A stretch of 64,000 bases of DNA from Octopus vulgaris (lineage: Eukaryota), in assembly GCA_951406725.2 (NCBI GenBank), contig OX597820.1:22134001-22198000 (forward strand), given 5' to 3'. A model generated the notes under the pieces. The model did no database searches. It had not been told where the DNA came from and saw only the letters and a program-made list of their open reading frames with translations. A program made the position numbers and the translations under genes. How positions within the stretch are numbered: position 1 is the stretch's first letter; every line of letters starts with the position of its first letter. Of this stretch, positions 1-14,233 are shown in pieces.

Positions 1-200
1 AAATTTAAATAAGGGTAAAACATTGAATATTAATCTGATTAATATCAATTCAAAACCAGTGGTCTAGTGTATTGAAAACATCTGAAGATTCAGAAAAATT
101 ATATTACATACATATAAGAAGGATGACCACTAAGTGGACATCCAATATGCTAGATGGGGTTCGACATCTAGCATATTGGATGTCCACTTAGTGGTCATCC

Positions 201-204
<4 letters not shown>
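1..204. repeat. Fold-back element (perfect 40 bp arms, 8 nt loop, left tail), probable PLE terminal relic
   Basis: 117-156 is the exact reverse complement of 165-204; followed by (TA)n. Arm and tail are similar to 24627-24935 (inverted) and the arm to 26522-26620. Confidence 0.8.
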
Positions 205-255
<51 letters not shown>

Positions 256-675
256 CTAATTAAAAGGCTGACTGGCCTATTAGCAATTAGAACCTAAAGG
301 CAAAACTAATAGCGGTTACAAAATTGATGGAGGGTGCTGGTCAGTACTGATTAGGCTAAATTAAGAGTTAAATTAACTCTAAAGCCACAAAGGGAGGTAA
401 ATTTTCTTATGATTGACAGATGTTGAGCTTAACACTAGGTGTCAAAGGCACTGATGAGATTTAAGGTGACAACACCAAACATTATCACCATCACTAACCG
501 ACATACACATATCTATGTTTGTATGCGTATCTGTATTTGTTTATGTATATACGTATGCATGTATGTATGTACGTATGTATTATACATGTATGTATGTATG
601 TATGTATGTATATATACTGGCCAAAACCTTTCTAAGTTATTCTAAGTAAGTTATATATATATATATATATAAATA

Positions 676-715
<40 letters not shown>

Positions 716-1460
716 TATATGTGTGTATATATATATATGTATGTGTGTGTGTATATATACATATATATATAAATTATATATGTGTGTGTGTGTGTGTGTA
801 ATATATATGTATACATATGCGTACGTATGTATGCGTGTTTTATATTAATTTCTTTAAACAATAAGTTACAAATTTATAAATCTGTTCGTCTTAATTTCAG
901 AAACACGTGTACTTTATTTTACAAATAGCCCTTGTTCGTATCAACAAGCAAATTCTAAAAAATATATTTCACATATTTTAGGACCATTTTAATGGTCCCT
1001 ATTCGGTATTTTCTAATATTCTATTTGATATATTAGTCCAAAGAGCAATGCTTATCATACATGCGGGTCTCAAAGACCGGTTAGAGTTCATCATGATAAG
1101 TTCCGCTCAGACATCTTTCCGTCTGTTTCAACAGCAGCGTTGTAGTTCTGGAAAGTAGGAACTGTGAATGAAGTATTTCATACAGGAGTCTAGGCGGTGA
1201 GAAAATGGCTACCATAACGGATATTATTACCATAGACAATCCTGCTGCGGGTCAACTGTCTCTCTCATTCCTACGAGGTCAGTGATATATAGTACCACCC
1301 CTTAAAACTGCTTCTCCTATCCTTAAAACTTCTGGCCTTCAGCCTTGATAGAAATTTTCATTACACAGATAACAAGAAAATGATAACGTGTAGTGCTACG
1401 GCTTACTTTCACTGTAGATAATAAAAGAATTCATAAATGAATGTGTGTGTGTGTGTGTGT

Positions 1461-1531
<71 letters not shown>

Positions 1532-2040
1532 CTCTATACTGCTTGATTTCAAGTTTCCAGTCCTGCATCATATTGTAAGGTAATTTCTTGCCTTTTTAAT
1601 AACCATTCAGAGACCGCCACGCGTATTTCTTAACTATTTTAGCCTTTACTAATTTGTATCAGCTACGCGACAATTTTGAATGGATAGCGGCTAAGTGACC
1701 GTGTCGTTAGAAAGTAACTGCCAATATTCCTCTGTAAGTATTACCCGAACCTGCCCACATATGTACAGGGGTATGGTCAGCCTTGTAAAAGAATAGTCTT
1801 TATTTCAGTCATTTCAGCTATATTATATATATATCACGTGATCACGTGACCGACCAGACCATCAGATGTTGCTACACATCGCTGGTCACAATGCGTTTGC
1901 ATTGTTTTAGCCTTCGAATGACGCCACCCCGCTGGCTAAGCGAGCAGGCCAAATGTGACCTTTTCAAAATGTGACCTCATGTGTACCGTTGGCGATTTTT
2001 TTCCTCTGTCTTCCCTTTTCTGGATCTTTCCTTCTCCTAT

Positions 2041-2075
2041 GTTTCCGACGAAAAGCTCCGCTCGAAACGTTGAAC
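2041..2075 (+). ncRNA. Minimal hammerhead-like motif, atypical core
   Basis: GTTT-CCGACGA-A-AAGC-tcc-GCTC-GAAA-CG-TT-GAAC; downstream flank (ttcctgagcg...aatac...ttccac) resembles that of the 54243-54280 motif. Confidence 0.48.
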
Positions 2076-2169
2076 CCTCCTTCTTTCCTTCTTTCCTGAG
2101 CGTCCTATAATACTATATTTGTTCCACGTCCTCGCGTTGTGTTTTTTTTTTGTGCTTTCTTGTTTGGAT

Positions 2170-2222
<53 letters not shown>

Positions 2223-2223
2223 G

Positions 2224-2274
<51 letters not shown>

Positions 2275-2645
2275 GGTCAGGGAGACAGACAGACAGACAG
2301 ATAGATAGATAGGTAGGTGAGTTGGCACAAACGTTGACACGTTGGGTGAAATGCGTAGCGGTATTTCGTCAGCCGTTATGTTCTGAGTTCAAATTCCGCC
2401 GAGGTCGACTTTGCTTTTCATCCTTTCGGGGTCGATAAATAAGTACCAGTTACGCACTGGGGTCGATGTAATCGACTTAATCCGTTTGTCTGCCCTTGTT
2501 TGTCACCTCTATGTTTAGCCCCTTGTGGGCAATAAAGAAATCAGATAGATAGATAGATACACACGAACATACATACATAGATACATAAATAGATAGATGT
2601 ATACATTTATATGTATGTATACGTATACATGTATATATGTATGTA

Positions 2646-2694
<49 letters not shown>

Positions 2695-2789
2695 AGAAAT
2701 ATATATATATACATATATGTAAGTATATACATGTATATAAATATGTATGTGAGTGCGTGTGTGTGTGTATACATATGCAGTCCAACGCC

Positions 2790-3615
2790 ACTACACTAAA
2801 AACATTGAAACAGCCCAGCGGATGAGATGCAAGGATAAACTTATAAAACTTCAACTTTGCTACCTGGAGCAAAGGCTCAACAAATATGTAATAATCTACT
2901 CAAGAAGGGCTCGTACCAAATTTCGGCATTGAGTTTCATACATGTGCCAGAACTGGTAAAGAGGCGAAAATTGAATACATCAACTTACAGGAAGATGTAA
3001 TACTCGCTATTGATGAGGTAGACACAAACTCAGCTGCTGGCCCGGATGTATTCCCCGTGGTCCTTCTCAAATTGTGCAAACGATCCCTTGCAAATGCAGC
3101 TCCTTTTTCAAAGCTTTCTTGCAAGTTCCCAGACAAACTAAAAGAAGGGATAATATGCCCTATCATTAAGGGAGGACGTTGAACGGATGCTAAAAATTAT
3201 AGGCCTCTCTCTCTCTGAGCTCACACATCAGCAAAGTCATGGAACGAATAGTCCGTAAGAAACTAATCGCGTTCCATGAAGAAAATGACTTGCTAACGGA
3301 CACCCAGCATGGATTTCCACCAGACGCTGCAACAGCTTGGGTTTCAGGAGCCCACAGCTCTTCAGTGTCCTTCCAAAATGCCTGAGGGGCCTGCATGGTG
3401 TGGATATAGGTGTCTTCAAAACAAAACTGGGTTTCCTCCTCTAAAGGGTTCCAGGTGAGCCAACCTCACGACAGGAAACACGGATGAGAGCAGCAGAATC
3501 AAACTCCCTCATTCATCAAATACCACATACCAGAGGAGGTTTCAAATAATGGTGTAGCAAAGTCAACGGTCGTGCCCCAGCATGACCGCAGCTTTGAAGC
3601 TGAAACAATTTGACG
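2790..3615 (+). mobile_element. Rearranged fragments of a CR1/L2-group LINE
   Basis: GLVPNFGI, NSAAGPD, KNYRP, QHGF and the 3' end (GPQLF...; cagcatgaccgcagctttgaagctgaaac) occur out of order. Confidence 0.8.
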
Positions 3616-3626
3616 ATTTATATGTG

Positions 3627-3679
<53 letters not shown>

Positions 3680-3977
3680 GACGGGCTTCTTTCAGACTAT
3701 GTTTGACCTGAGGTTATAGAAGGCACACACTTAAGGTGTAACCCAGTGGGACTGAACCTGGAACTTTGTGGTTGGAAAACAGAAATTTCTCACCACACAT
3801 CCACACCTGAGATTTTCTTAAAAGTTACTAACTATAGGTGCAGGAGTGACTTTGTGGCTGTGTGGTAAGAAGCTTGCTTCCCACTGCGTGGCACCTTGGA
3901 CAAGTATCTTCTACTATAGCCTCGCGCCGATCAAAGCCTTGTGAGTGGATTTGGTAGATGGAACTGAAAGAAGCCCG

Positions 3978-4023
<46 letters not shown>

Positions 4024-4929
4024 GTATGTATTTGTGTGCGTCTGTGTTTCTCCCTCCACCATCACTTGACCACCGATGTTGGATGTAACTTAGTGGTTCG
4101 GCAAAAGGGACCGATAGAATAAGTGCTTGGCTTACGAAGAATAAGTCCTGGCGTCGATTTGTTCGACTAAAGGTGGTACTCCAGCATGGCCGCAGTCAAA
4201 TGACTGAAACAAGTAAAAGAATAAAAGGATACTTAAACTTCTTTAAAAAAAAATAAAAGAGAATGTCGGAAATCTTTGTAATAGAAGTTTTTGCAATTTG
4301 TATCTAAAGGCTTTCACACAAATTCCACACAGTACGAAAAACCAAAGGTTTTTGACATTAAACTCTTTTACTCTTTTACTTGTTTCAGTCATGTGACTGC
4401 GGCCATGCTGGAGCACCGCCTTTAGTCGAGTAAATCGACCCAGGACTTATCCTTTGTAAGCCTAGTATTTATTCTATCAGTCTCTTTTGCTGAACTGCTA
4501 AGTTACGGGGACGTAAACACACCGCCATCGGTTGTCAAGCAATGGTGGGAGGACAAACACAGACACACAAACACATACACACATACATATATATACATAT
4601 ATACGACGGGCTTCTTCCAGTTTCCGTCTACCAAATCCACTCACAAGGCTTTTTATCGGTCCGAGGCTATAGTAGAAGACACTTGCCCAAGGTGCCACGC
4701 AGTGGGAATGAACCCGGAACCACGTGGTTGGTAAGCAAGCTACTTACCACACAGCCACTCCTGCGTCTATTATGTTATTTTTTTTTTTTCAAAAATTCCA
4801 AATTAATAATCTAGCAACTTGCTCCGTAGTGGTCAAGTCCCGGATTAAAAATTTATAAATTAAGTTTAAAACAATTGAGCACTACTATGTGTTTTCTATA
4901 CTGAGTATATCTAGCACTTAACTGTAGGT

Positions 4930-5400
4930 AAAATTCAACATGAACAAACAGGATAAAACATTCACTGTATACAAGTGTCATGATAACAGACGTGTGGAAC
5001 GTGTCAATACATGCATACTGGTAGATCCATTAGAACAAAAAGTGGACAGATTTACACAAATGCAGATATGAACTGCAAAAGCAGAAATTTGATCTACTGT
5101 ATTAAATGTCCTAATTACGAGGAATCATGCATTGGCGAGACAGGAAATGCATTATTGGAACGCTCACGGGTTCACAGGCAACAAATCTGGAACACTAATG
5201 TTTGCCAAATTCCACTGAGCGAACATATAGAAACATGTGGTCAGAAAATGTTTCTAATTTTTCTTTTCCACAAACTACATGACACAAATGAGGTTGGAAG
5301 AAAGATAAAAGAAAAGCGTTTCATTAAATATTCAAACCTGTTCTGAATGGAAATAACAGCAATGATATAACAACCAGATAATAATGTGGATTAAAAAATA
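4930..5400 (+). mobile_element. PLE fragment, GIY-YIG endonuclease region
   Basis: MNCKSRNLIYCIKCPN...CIGETGNAL.ER.RVHRQQI. Confidence 0.85.
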
Positions 5401-5409
5401 TCTTTAACA

Positions 5410-7520
5410 CAGTGTTTCCCAACCTTTTTTGGCAAACGCCCCCCTTAGAACATTTGGATACCTTTACCGCCACCCCACTCCAATATGAGCGTTAACGAAG
5501 TAATCTTTCTTAGGAATTATTTAGAAATAGAATAAGATTTTACATACATATCTACATTTTACTTACAGCAATATTTACCGACTACATTGGATATATGTGC
5601 ATCAGTGTGATCCCAGCTTCTTATGACCAACAGCAAGTTTAAGAATACTTGGTTCTAAATTTGACAAAAGAAGTCGTAAATCACCACGCTGTAGTACATC
5701 CGGTCGGTTTCTGTTTTTAGCTAAAAGTTGGTTTACCGCGCTAAATCCCTTCTCCACCAGGTATGATGATGGGACTGCAATGAAAAAAGCCTTGCTTCAT
5801 TCCACAGTAAAGAAAATTTCCCACTGCAATGCAGCCACATTTCACACAGGCCTTGATTTTCAAAAATCCTCTTTCCTTCTTCGTCACATTGTAGCTTGAC
5901 AATGTCCTCCTGCAAATCAATTTTTTGTTCCTCTGCTTTGCACATAAATGGGTTCTTTACCTAGTCAAGAATATTCAGTTCAATCAAATCCTTAAATCTT
6001 GTCTAAAAGTCATCACTGAGTAGCTGTAGACGTGCACAATAGACTCTCAGATCATATCCAGTAAATACATGGGAAATGCTTTCATGGACAGAAACTGACA
6101 AAATTCTTTCCTTTCCAGGTTTTCTTTGTACATATTGAATATGTTTATGAAACTGTTGATTGCGATTTTTGCTTGAATGAGGGTGAAATTATTCGCTCGC
6201 AGTTGCAAATTTAGAATATTCTTCATCATTTTCTTCACATAATTGACAGAACAGTCTGGTGTTTGAAGCCTGAACTTTGATTTTGTTGACAACAGATATT
6301 ATTACAGCTAGGTTAAGACGGCGAGCTCGCAGAAACGTTAGCACGCCGGGCGAAATGCTTAGCAGTATTTCGTCTGCCGCTACGCCCTGAGTTCAAATTC
6401 CGCCGAGGTCGACTTTGCCTTTCATCCTTTCGGGTCGATTAAATAAGTACCAGTTACGCACTGGGGTCGATGTAATCGACTTAATCCGTTTGTCTGTCCT
6501 TGTTTGTCCCCTCTGTGTTTAGCCCCTTGTGGGTAGTAAAGAAATAGGTATGTTCTGAGTTCAAATTCCGCCGAGGTCGACTTTGCCTTTATTCCTTTTG
6601 GGGTCTATAAATTAAGTACCAGTTGCGTACTGGGGTCGATCTAATCGACTGGCCCACTCCCCAAAAATTTCGGGCCATGTGCCTAGAATAGAAAAGATTA
6701 TTATGGAAGAGAATCGTCAAGCATTTTCGCAACGAGATGTTTCCGGTGAATTACACAGTGTACTGCACTTCTTTTTTCGTATGTGGCACCAGAACAGCTT
6801 GACGACCTGTCATAGATAGTGCACCATCAGTTGTGCACAATATCATATTGCTGAAGGGAATACAGTTCTTTTCGAAATAAGCTTTCAATGCTTCTTGTAT
6901 TGTCTCTCCCTTTGAATAGTTCTCCAATGATTTACAAATAAACAATTCTTCATAAATTTTCTTTTCTTTAATAAAGCGGACATAAGCTATCAGTAATGCT
7001 TCATTTCCTCGTACTGAATCCAGTCTTTCGGAGTTCCAAACACAACTGATTTTCAATATCTTCACTCATTTTATCAATTCGACGAGATACGATGTTGTTG
7101 CAAAGGGGAATTATTTTCAAAAAACTTCGTATCAACTTTAAGAACAGCTGGAAGAATTTCGGAGACAGGCCATTATCAGAATTTTTCCAATTGTGTGCGG
7201 TTTTCCACATTTAGCTATAAACTTTGATATCCTGTATGAAGCAATGATACCATTCTCAATTTCGGGCTCAAGTGTTTTAAACATATTTAGGGTAGGGCGT
7301 CTTGCAAATGCCTCATTCATTCTTTGTAATTTTAATAAAGCATATGTGCTTTTTTCAGGGTGTCTTTTGTTTTTTGAAAGGTACTCCTTTAGACGTGACG
7401 GTTTCGTAGCTTCATTTGACAATATATTTTCACAGAAAAGACACATCAGTCGCCGATGATCGGGAGGTAAAGCAATAAATCCATATTGGAAGTAGTTCTA
7501 CATGATATTGCCAAACTTCG
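5410..7520 (-). mobile_element. Degenerate hAT (Buster/Charlie, ZBED5/SCAND3-like) transposon
   Basis: Terminus CAGTGTTTCCCAAC at 5410 preceded by ctttaaca (nnnTAnnn); fragments CLFC..ILSNEATKPSRLK, KPHTIG, YVRF, CTTDGA.SMTG, SSYLVEKGFSAV. SINE inserted at 6314-6700. Confidence 0.88.
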
Positions 7521-8376
7521 TTGGTAGTTTTTCTGTGTTTTGATGGATTAGCAGTAATAACTGGGTAGTTTTTTTCTGTTTTGATGGATTAGCAGTAGTA
7601 ACTGAATCATGTCAATAATCCCGCTTGCTCATAATAGCAAAATAACTGAAAAAAAAAAGAAAATCTTAATAAGCAATGTTCAAACGAAATACCGGTATGT
7701 TCAATAAAAAATTTTAAAAGTATGCTTTTTCATCATACACTGTAGTGCACAATATGTCGGATTTTATAAATGTGACAGTCTCCTACGACTTGATGGCCCT
7801 ACATCAGTGTCTGGGTAAGTTTGTTTCATTAAAAAAAATTTTTTAATGTAACCCTAATACCCTTTTTATAGGCCACTACCTAAGCAGGCATTGCCTTTGA
7901 TATAAAGCAAAGCGCTTCGATATTTTTCAGTTAGCTCCCCTATTTTATAAATCAGCCTAACGATCACAGTGTTCATGATGTATTATGGATTTATCTTTAA
8001 TAAAGAAAATAGCAGGCTCGAACTAGAATAATGGTTGTTAGACATCCTACTTACGATGAATGCATACCTTGATGGTTTCATGCGAGAGAAGGAGTTCAAA
8101 AATCAAACCGATGCTGAAAGTGCGTTCAAAGAGTTCATCAGCTCCAAGAGCTCCAGATTTTTATGTTACCAGAATAAACAAAATTTGAACTCGTTGGCAA
8201 AAATGTGTTGATTGTAATGGTAATTCAGAATTTCTTCTCCGTCATATATATCTTTATATCTCCTTATTCTGTTTTCATGTTTATTACCCTATACACTATA
8301 TGGTTTATGCTATGACAAACTAAGGAGCTTTTTTATGAATACTACCGAATTACTTGAATCCATATAGGTGACTTTA

Positions 8377-8416
<40 letters not shown>

Positions 8417-8420
<4 letters not shown>

Positions 8421-8950
8421 GTTGTCTACTCCTTATGCAAAGTCTGACCACCTCTTGTACCTACACCTTAAATCCATCATGGTGTCTGATGTGGCTTTTT
8501 TTTTTTTAAACCAGACAATGTATTGAAACCCACATAGATTGCATATTCGATTTGGACCACCAAGAGCTGCAGTTAAGTTCTGATCTTTGTGAATCTAAAA
8601 TTGTCATTTGACAATTTCCGTTACATTTGCAGACTCTTAATTGAAAGGTGTGCACAGATATATAGGCAAAATAGTTGGTGGAGATTCGTTTTCCATGGGT
8701 CCGCAAATGAGATTTGAGCCCAGCAAAAGAAAGGCATGGTCTGTCACAAAATGTCCACACAAAATGGTCACTGAGATCCACTTTCTCGATCGCAACATTC
8801 TTCTTTAAATCTCTCTTGAGTCTTACATGTGTTATCCTGGCCTCCTCAAAAGCTTTCACTCCACCCCACACTTTTGTTCGCCATCAAGCTCGATGGTTTC
8901 TATGGCCTTTGGATTTTCTCCAAAGGACTTCATTGTAATCCTTATACAGT
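8417..8950 (-). mobile_element. RTE-like LINE 3' end with C2H2-type finger
   Basis: W..GVKAFEEAR...CDRPCLSFAGLKSHLRTH; related shorter piece at about 38208-38335 (CQFCTRHCRSLAGLKSHIRS). Confidence 0.72.
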
Positions 8951-9397
8951 CCTTAAACAGCTTTGTAATCTTCTTGTTAGGAAGGAGTTGGTTTCTAACA
9001 AAGATACAAAGCTCCACTACTGAAATCTAGATAACAAAAGCAGACTCCCTTTTTTGAACTAGAAAAATCTTGAGTATTTTTACTGTTCCATTAACAGATT
9101 ATGTGAAGGTGCATGGCTTAGTGGATAGGGTATTTGGCTCACAATCATAAGGTCGTGAGTTCAATTCCTGGTGATGTGTTATGTCCTTGTGCATGACTTC
9201 ACGGTAGTCCGTATGCCGTCCTTAAACAGCTTTGCAATCTTCTTGTTAGGAAGGAGTTGGTTTCTAAGAGATACAAAGCTCCACCACTGAAATCTAGATA
9301 GCAAAAGCAGACTCACATTTTTTAATCTGAAAAAAATCTTGAGTATTTTAACTGTTCCATTAACAGATTATGTGAAGGTGCATGGCTTAGTGATTAG

Positions 9398-9452
<55 letters not shown>

Positions 9453-9457
<5 letters not shown>

Positions 9458-9644
9458 GTAAAAACGGTATGATAACAAAAGAAAGAAAGAGACCTCAATA
9501 TTATGTAAATAGAGGAAATTTATCTATAAAATAATATGTTACATTACTCAATAGTCAAGATAACCGAAGAGATGGTGTTGTGGATTTCCACTTCGGCATC
9601 TGAAACTCAGAGTTTTATCTTGACTATTGAGTAATGTAACATAT

Positions 9645-9653
<9 letters not shown>
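9453..9653. repeat. Fold-back element in (TA)n, perfect 39 bp arms, left tail
   Basis: 9525-9563 pairs with 9615-9653; tail 9453-9524 is similar to 29287-29340. Confidence 0.82.
9559..9619 (+). ncRNA. Degenerate hammerhead-like motif in the loop of a fold-back element
   Basis: GATAA-CCGAAGA-GATG...GTGGA-tt-TCCAC...CATC-T-GAAA-CTCAGAG-TT-TTATC. Confidence 0.48.
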
Positions 9654-9705
<52 letters not shown>

Positions 9706-10345
9706 TAAAATTTAACTATTCCAGTGATAATCACAGAAAAGCTTTTTTAATGGATCAGGCCACAAACCAAAACAAAGTAGTATAATATATAGTCGAATGC
9801 AGTTGAAACTCAGTAAATCCAATTATTAATGATTGCTTTGTTATGAGTATATAAAATATTAAAACAAAGAGTAGGTATGAGATGAATATGTTTTTTGTCC
9901 ATATGATTACCATCGTTTCGTTGTTATCATAATAGAGAAATAATTCAGTTTAGCGTATAATAAATTCTTTTACATATATAGAAGAATGTATAAACTTTCG
10001 AGAAATAATTCCATTTTAGAATTAGACTTCGAAGCACGTATAAAACTATAAATAATAGCATTTAAGTATTACGTTGGAAAACCCTTTTGGATTAAAAATA
10101 TGTCGAAGATAGCCAGTGATATTTTGAAAGAAATTTTAACATTTTATAACATACAAATAAATTAATCATACAACCATTTTTTCTCCATTTACTTTCCTTC
10201 AATATTAATGATATATATATATATAATTACAATAATCCCTAACATATACCAGTTACTTTCGTATTATATGATAAAGATTAACTAGTGGTATATCTTGGAT
10301 TATATAATCCCAAATGAGGATGTAACTTCCTCGCATTGACTATAT

Positions 10346-11350
10346 ATGGCCCTGATAGCCACTCTGGCCAGCTATGCAGGCGATACGAAAGTCTCGCAGA
10401 AAATACAGAACCCCAGCGATGTTGCACACCTGCAGCAGGAGTTGGACTCAATCTACAGATGGGCTGAGGATAATAATATGCAGTTTAATGCTGAAAAATT
10501 CCAGGCCCTGCGCTACCAGCATCCAAAACTGAATATTAAAATTACAGGATACACCGGTCCACAGGGAATTTCAATCCCAGAGCCTAAGTCTGTGAGGGAC
10601 CTGGGTATCGACATGAGTGATGATACCTCTTTCAAATTGCACATTACCAGGATGGCGACAAAGTGCAGACGACTGGCTGGGTGGATTTTAAGAACATTCA
10701 GAACCAGAGATAAGGAAACCATGATGGTCCTCTGGCGGACATTCGTCCTCAGTCGCCTGGATTACTGCTCACAGCTATGGTCACCCACCAGTGTAAAATT
10801 AACAGCGGACCTTGAAGCAATCCAGAGAAGATTCACAAAGAAGATCATCTCTTTGCAACAGCTCAGCTACTGGGAAAGGTTGAAACAGCTAAGACTCTAC
10901 TCCCTGGAGAGAAGACGGGAGAGGTATGCAGTAATATATGTCTGGAAGATCCTCGAAGGAATTGTGCCAAATTTTGGCATTGTAAGCTACACCAATGCTA
11001 GAACAGGACGACACTGCATAATGCCAAAGATCCCAGCAATGCCATCACGCTTCAGGACCAGCTTCTGCAACAGCCTGGGTTTCAAGGGCCCACAGCTTTT
11101 TAATATTCTCCCAAAGAGTCTGAAGAACTTGCACAAAGTGGATGTAGCGGTTTTTAAATCAAAGCTGGACATCTTCCTGTCAAGAGTCCCAGATGAACCT
11201 ACCTCACGACAAGAGGTGCAAATGAGAGTAGCTATATCAAACTCTATTCTTCACCAAATGCCACATATTAGACGAGGTTCGTTGTAATAACAGTGTAGCA
11301 CAAGACGGCGGTGCATCAGCATGGCCGCAGCTCTGAGCTGAAACTAGGAA
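10346..11350 (+). mobile_element. 5'-truncated CR1/L2-group LINE (RT C-terminal half plus 3' UTR)
   Basis: Open 313 aa frame: YAGDTK (YADD with D to G), W...NNMQFN..K, VRDLGI, SRLDYCSQLWSP, LEAIQRRFTK, YWERLK.L.LYSLERRR; ends in a 3' stem-loop before (TA)n. Confidence 0.92.
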
Positions 11351-11352
11351 AA

Positions 11353-11875
<523 letters not shown>

Positions 11876-11876
11876 A

Positions 11877-12505
11877 ATGTATGGAATAACCAACGTCTTT
11901 CACACCATAAAATCGAACTTACCTATACTCCTACAAAGCCCCAAAATGAAAAGTCTATTTGAAAAAAACACTGTACGGAATAGTAGATGCCAACTAAAAT
12001 ATCTTAAAAAGCACCTCACTATGGCAGAATTCAAATCAGAGAATGAATCAGAATTCTTAGTAAAAGAATGTGGAAGGAGATGTGAAACATGCAATAATAT
12101 GAACAACTTCAAATACTTGGAAAGTGGTTCCCACATAAAATTCAAGAGCAGATCCCTTTTCAAGATAAATGCCGATATGAACTGCAAAACGCAAAACCTC
12201 ACATAGTACATCACCTTCCCAAACTGCAAAGAAAATTACATTGGCGAAACAAATAATTCCCTCTGCCAACGTGCAAGAATCCACAGGCAACATATCCGAC
12301 AAGAGGAATTACGCAAGATTCCATTAAGTAAGCATCTGGAAATATGCAGCGACGGAAAATTCAAAATCTCCCTTTTACAAATGTGCACGGGGCAATCCGC
12401 AATACCGAAAAGCAATGGGACTACATTTCATCAAAAAATTCTCTCCAAAATTGAATTTTTGAAGGAAAAATGGAGACAGTACATTTTGTATTTTAAATAT
12501 AACTC
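11877..12505 (+). mobile_element. PLE fragment, linker plus GIY-YIG region
   Basis: CGRRCETC...INADMNCKTQNLT*YITFPNCKENYIGETNNSL.QR.RIHRQHI; similar to 5011-5346. Confidence 0.85.
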
Positions 12506-13123
12506 AAATATCGGAAAAATAATGCTCATCTCTGTAAATATTTAGGTGTATATGTGTGGCATTGAGATGTTCTGAGCTTTGCGTGTTTTACTAGTTTGTG
12601 TTATACTAATGTTCTCTAATGCAAAAACAAGAAATTGAAAGAGGTGTGATTGTGCTTTTCAATGCAAAACATCGAAGTTACACAGTATAAACATGGACAT
12701 GCTCCCAAACACACATACACACATACACACACACATTCACACTTCATCAAGGAATTCTCTCCATAATTGAATGTATGAAGGTAAAGCGGAGAATTTGTAT
12801 TTTTTTAATTCCAAATGTGATTCATCTCTACAAATGTTCAGAACTACATTTCATAAAACAATTCTCTCTCCAAAAATTGAATGTCTGAAAGAAAAGCGGA
12901 AACAGTATATTTTGTATTCTAAATATAACCCAGAGGAGAAAACGAAAGAAATGCAAAAAAAGGAGTAAAGAAGGGAAAAAAAAGGGAAAGGAAAGAAAGG
13001 AAGAAAGAGGGGAAGAGAGAAAGAAAGCAAAAAGACTTTCAGTGATGACTTCACATTTTTTTTTGAAGAGGTTACCATCCTTAAACCCATAAATGAATGA
13101 ATGATGAATAGTAAGGGAATCCC

Positions 13124-13166
<43 letters not shown>

Positions 13167-13283
13167 ACTCACTCACTCTCTACCTATCTATCTACTTGTT
13201 TGACTATCTATCTATCAACCTATCTACCAACCTATATTTCAGTGTATCTATCTCCATTGTCATGGAAACATAAAGTAACCCGT

Positions 13284-13339
<56 letters not shown>

Positions 13340-13840
13340 TGTGTGTGTGTGTGTGTGCGTGCTTGCGTTTGTGTGTGTGTAAATGTGTGTCTTTGTGCTT
13401 GTGTTTTCGTCCCCGTAACTTAGCAGTTCAGCAAAAAGTAACTGATAGGATGAGTACTAGGCTTTAAAAATATAAGCCCTGGAGTCGATGTGTTCGACTA
13501 AATCACTTCAAGGCGGTGCCCCCAGCATGGCCGCAATCAAATGACTGAAACAAGTAAAAGATAAAAGGCAATAATTATAGGATATGACAATGTGTGTGTG
13601 TGTGTGTGTGTGTGTGTGTCTGTCTGTCTCTCTGTGTATGTGTGTATTTTACTTCGGTCGGGTCCGCCAGTTATTACTTTGTGCCTCACCAGTACCATAC
13701 AAGATCTTCAGGCAAAGTGATTGTGCGCCAACTAAACTCAGAGTACAAGAGATTGACATGACCAAGATAAAATATTAATCTTTTTCGTGGTATTGAGTAC
13801 TCTTTTATTTTTCGACAGATAACACAAAACGGATGCATAT

Positions 13841-13883
<43 letters not shown>

Positions 13884-14016
13884 ACACATATGTATGTATG
13901 TACGGATATATAAATTGTATGTATACAAACATATATCCGGTTATATACGTTATATGTGTCAGTGAATGCATGCGCATAATTATGTATGTGTGTGTGTCTT
14001 ACATCCGGGTATATGC

Positions 14017-14071
<55 letters not shown>

Positions 14072-14180
14072 TACATGCATACACACATCTAATGTGTATA
14101 TATTGATGTAACGTCAGTGTGTGTCTGTGTGTGTGTGTATGTATATATATATATATATATATATAATATATTAAATTAGA

Positions 14181-14233
<53 letters not shown>

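Noticed and set aside
450-480. CTGATGA as a hammerhead core
   Set aside because: No stem II and no GAAA follow.
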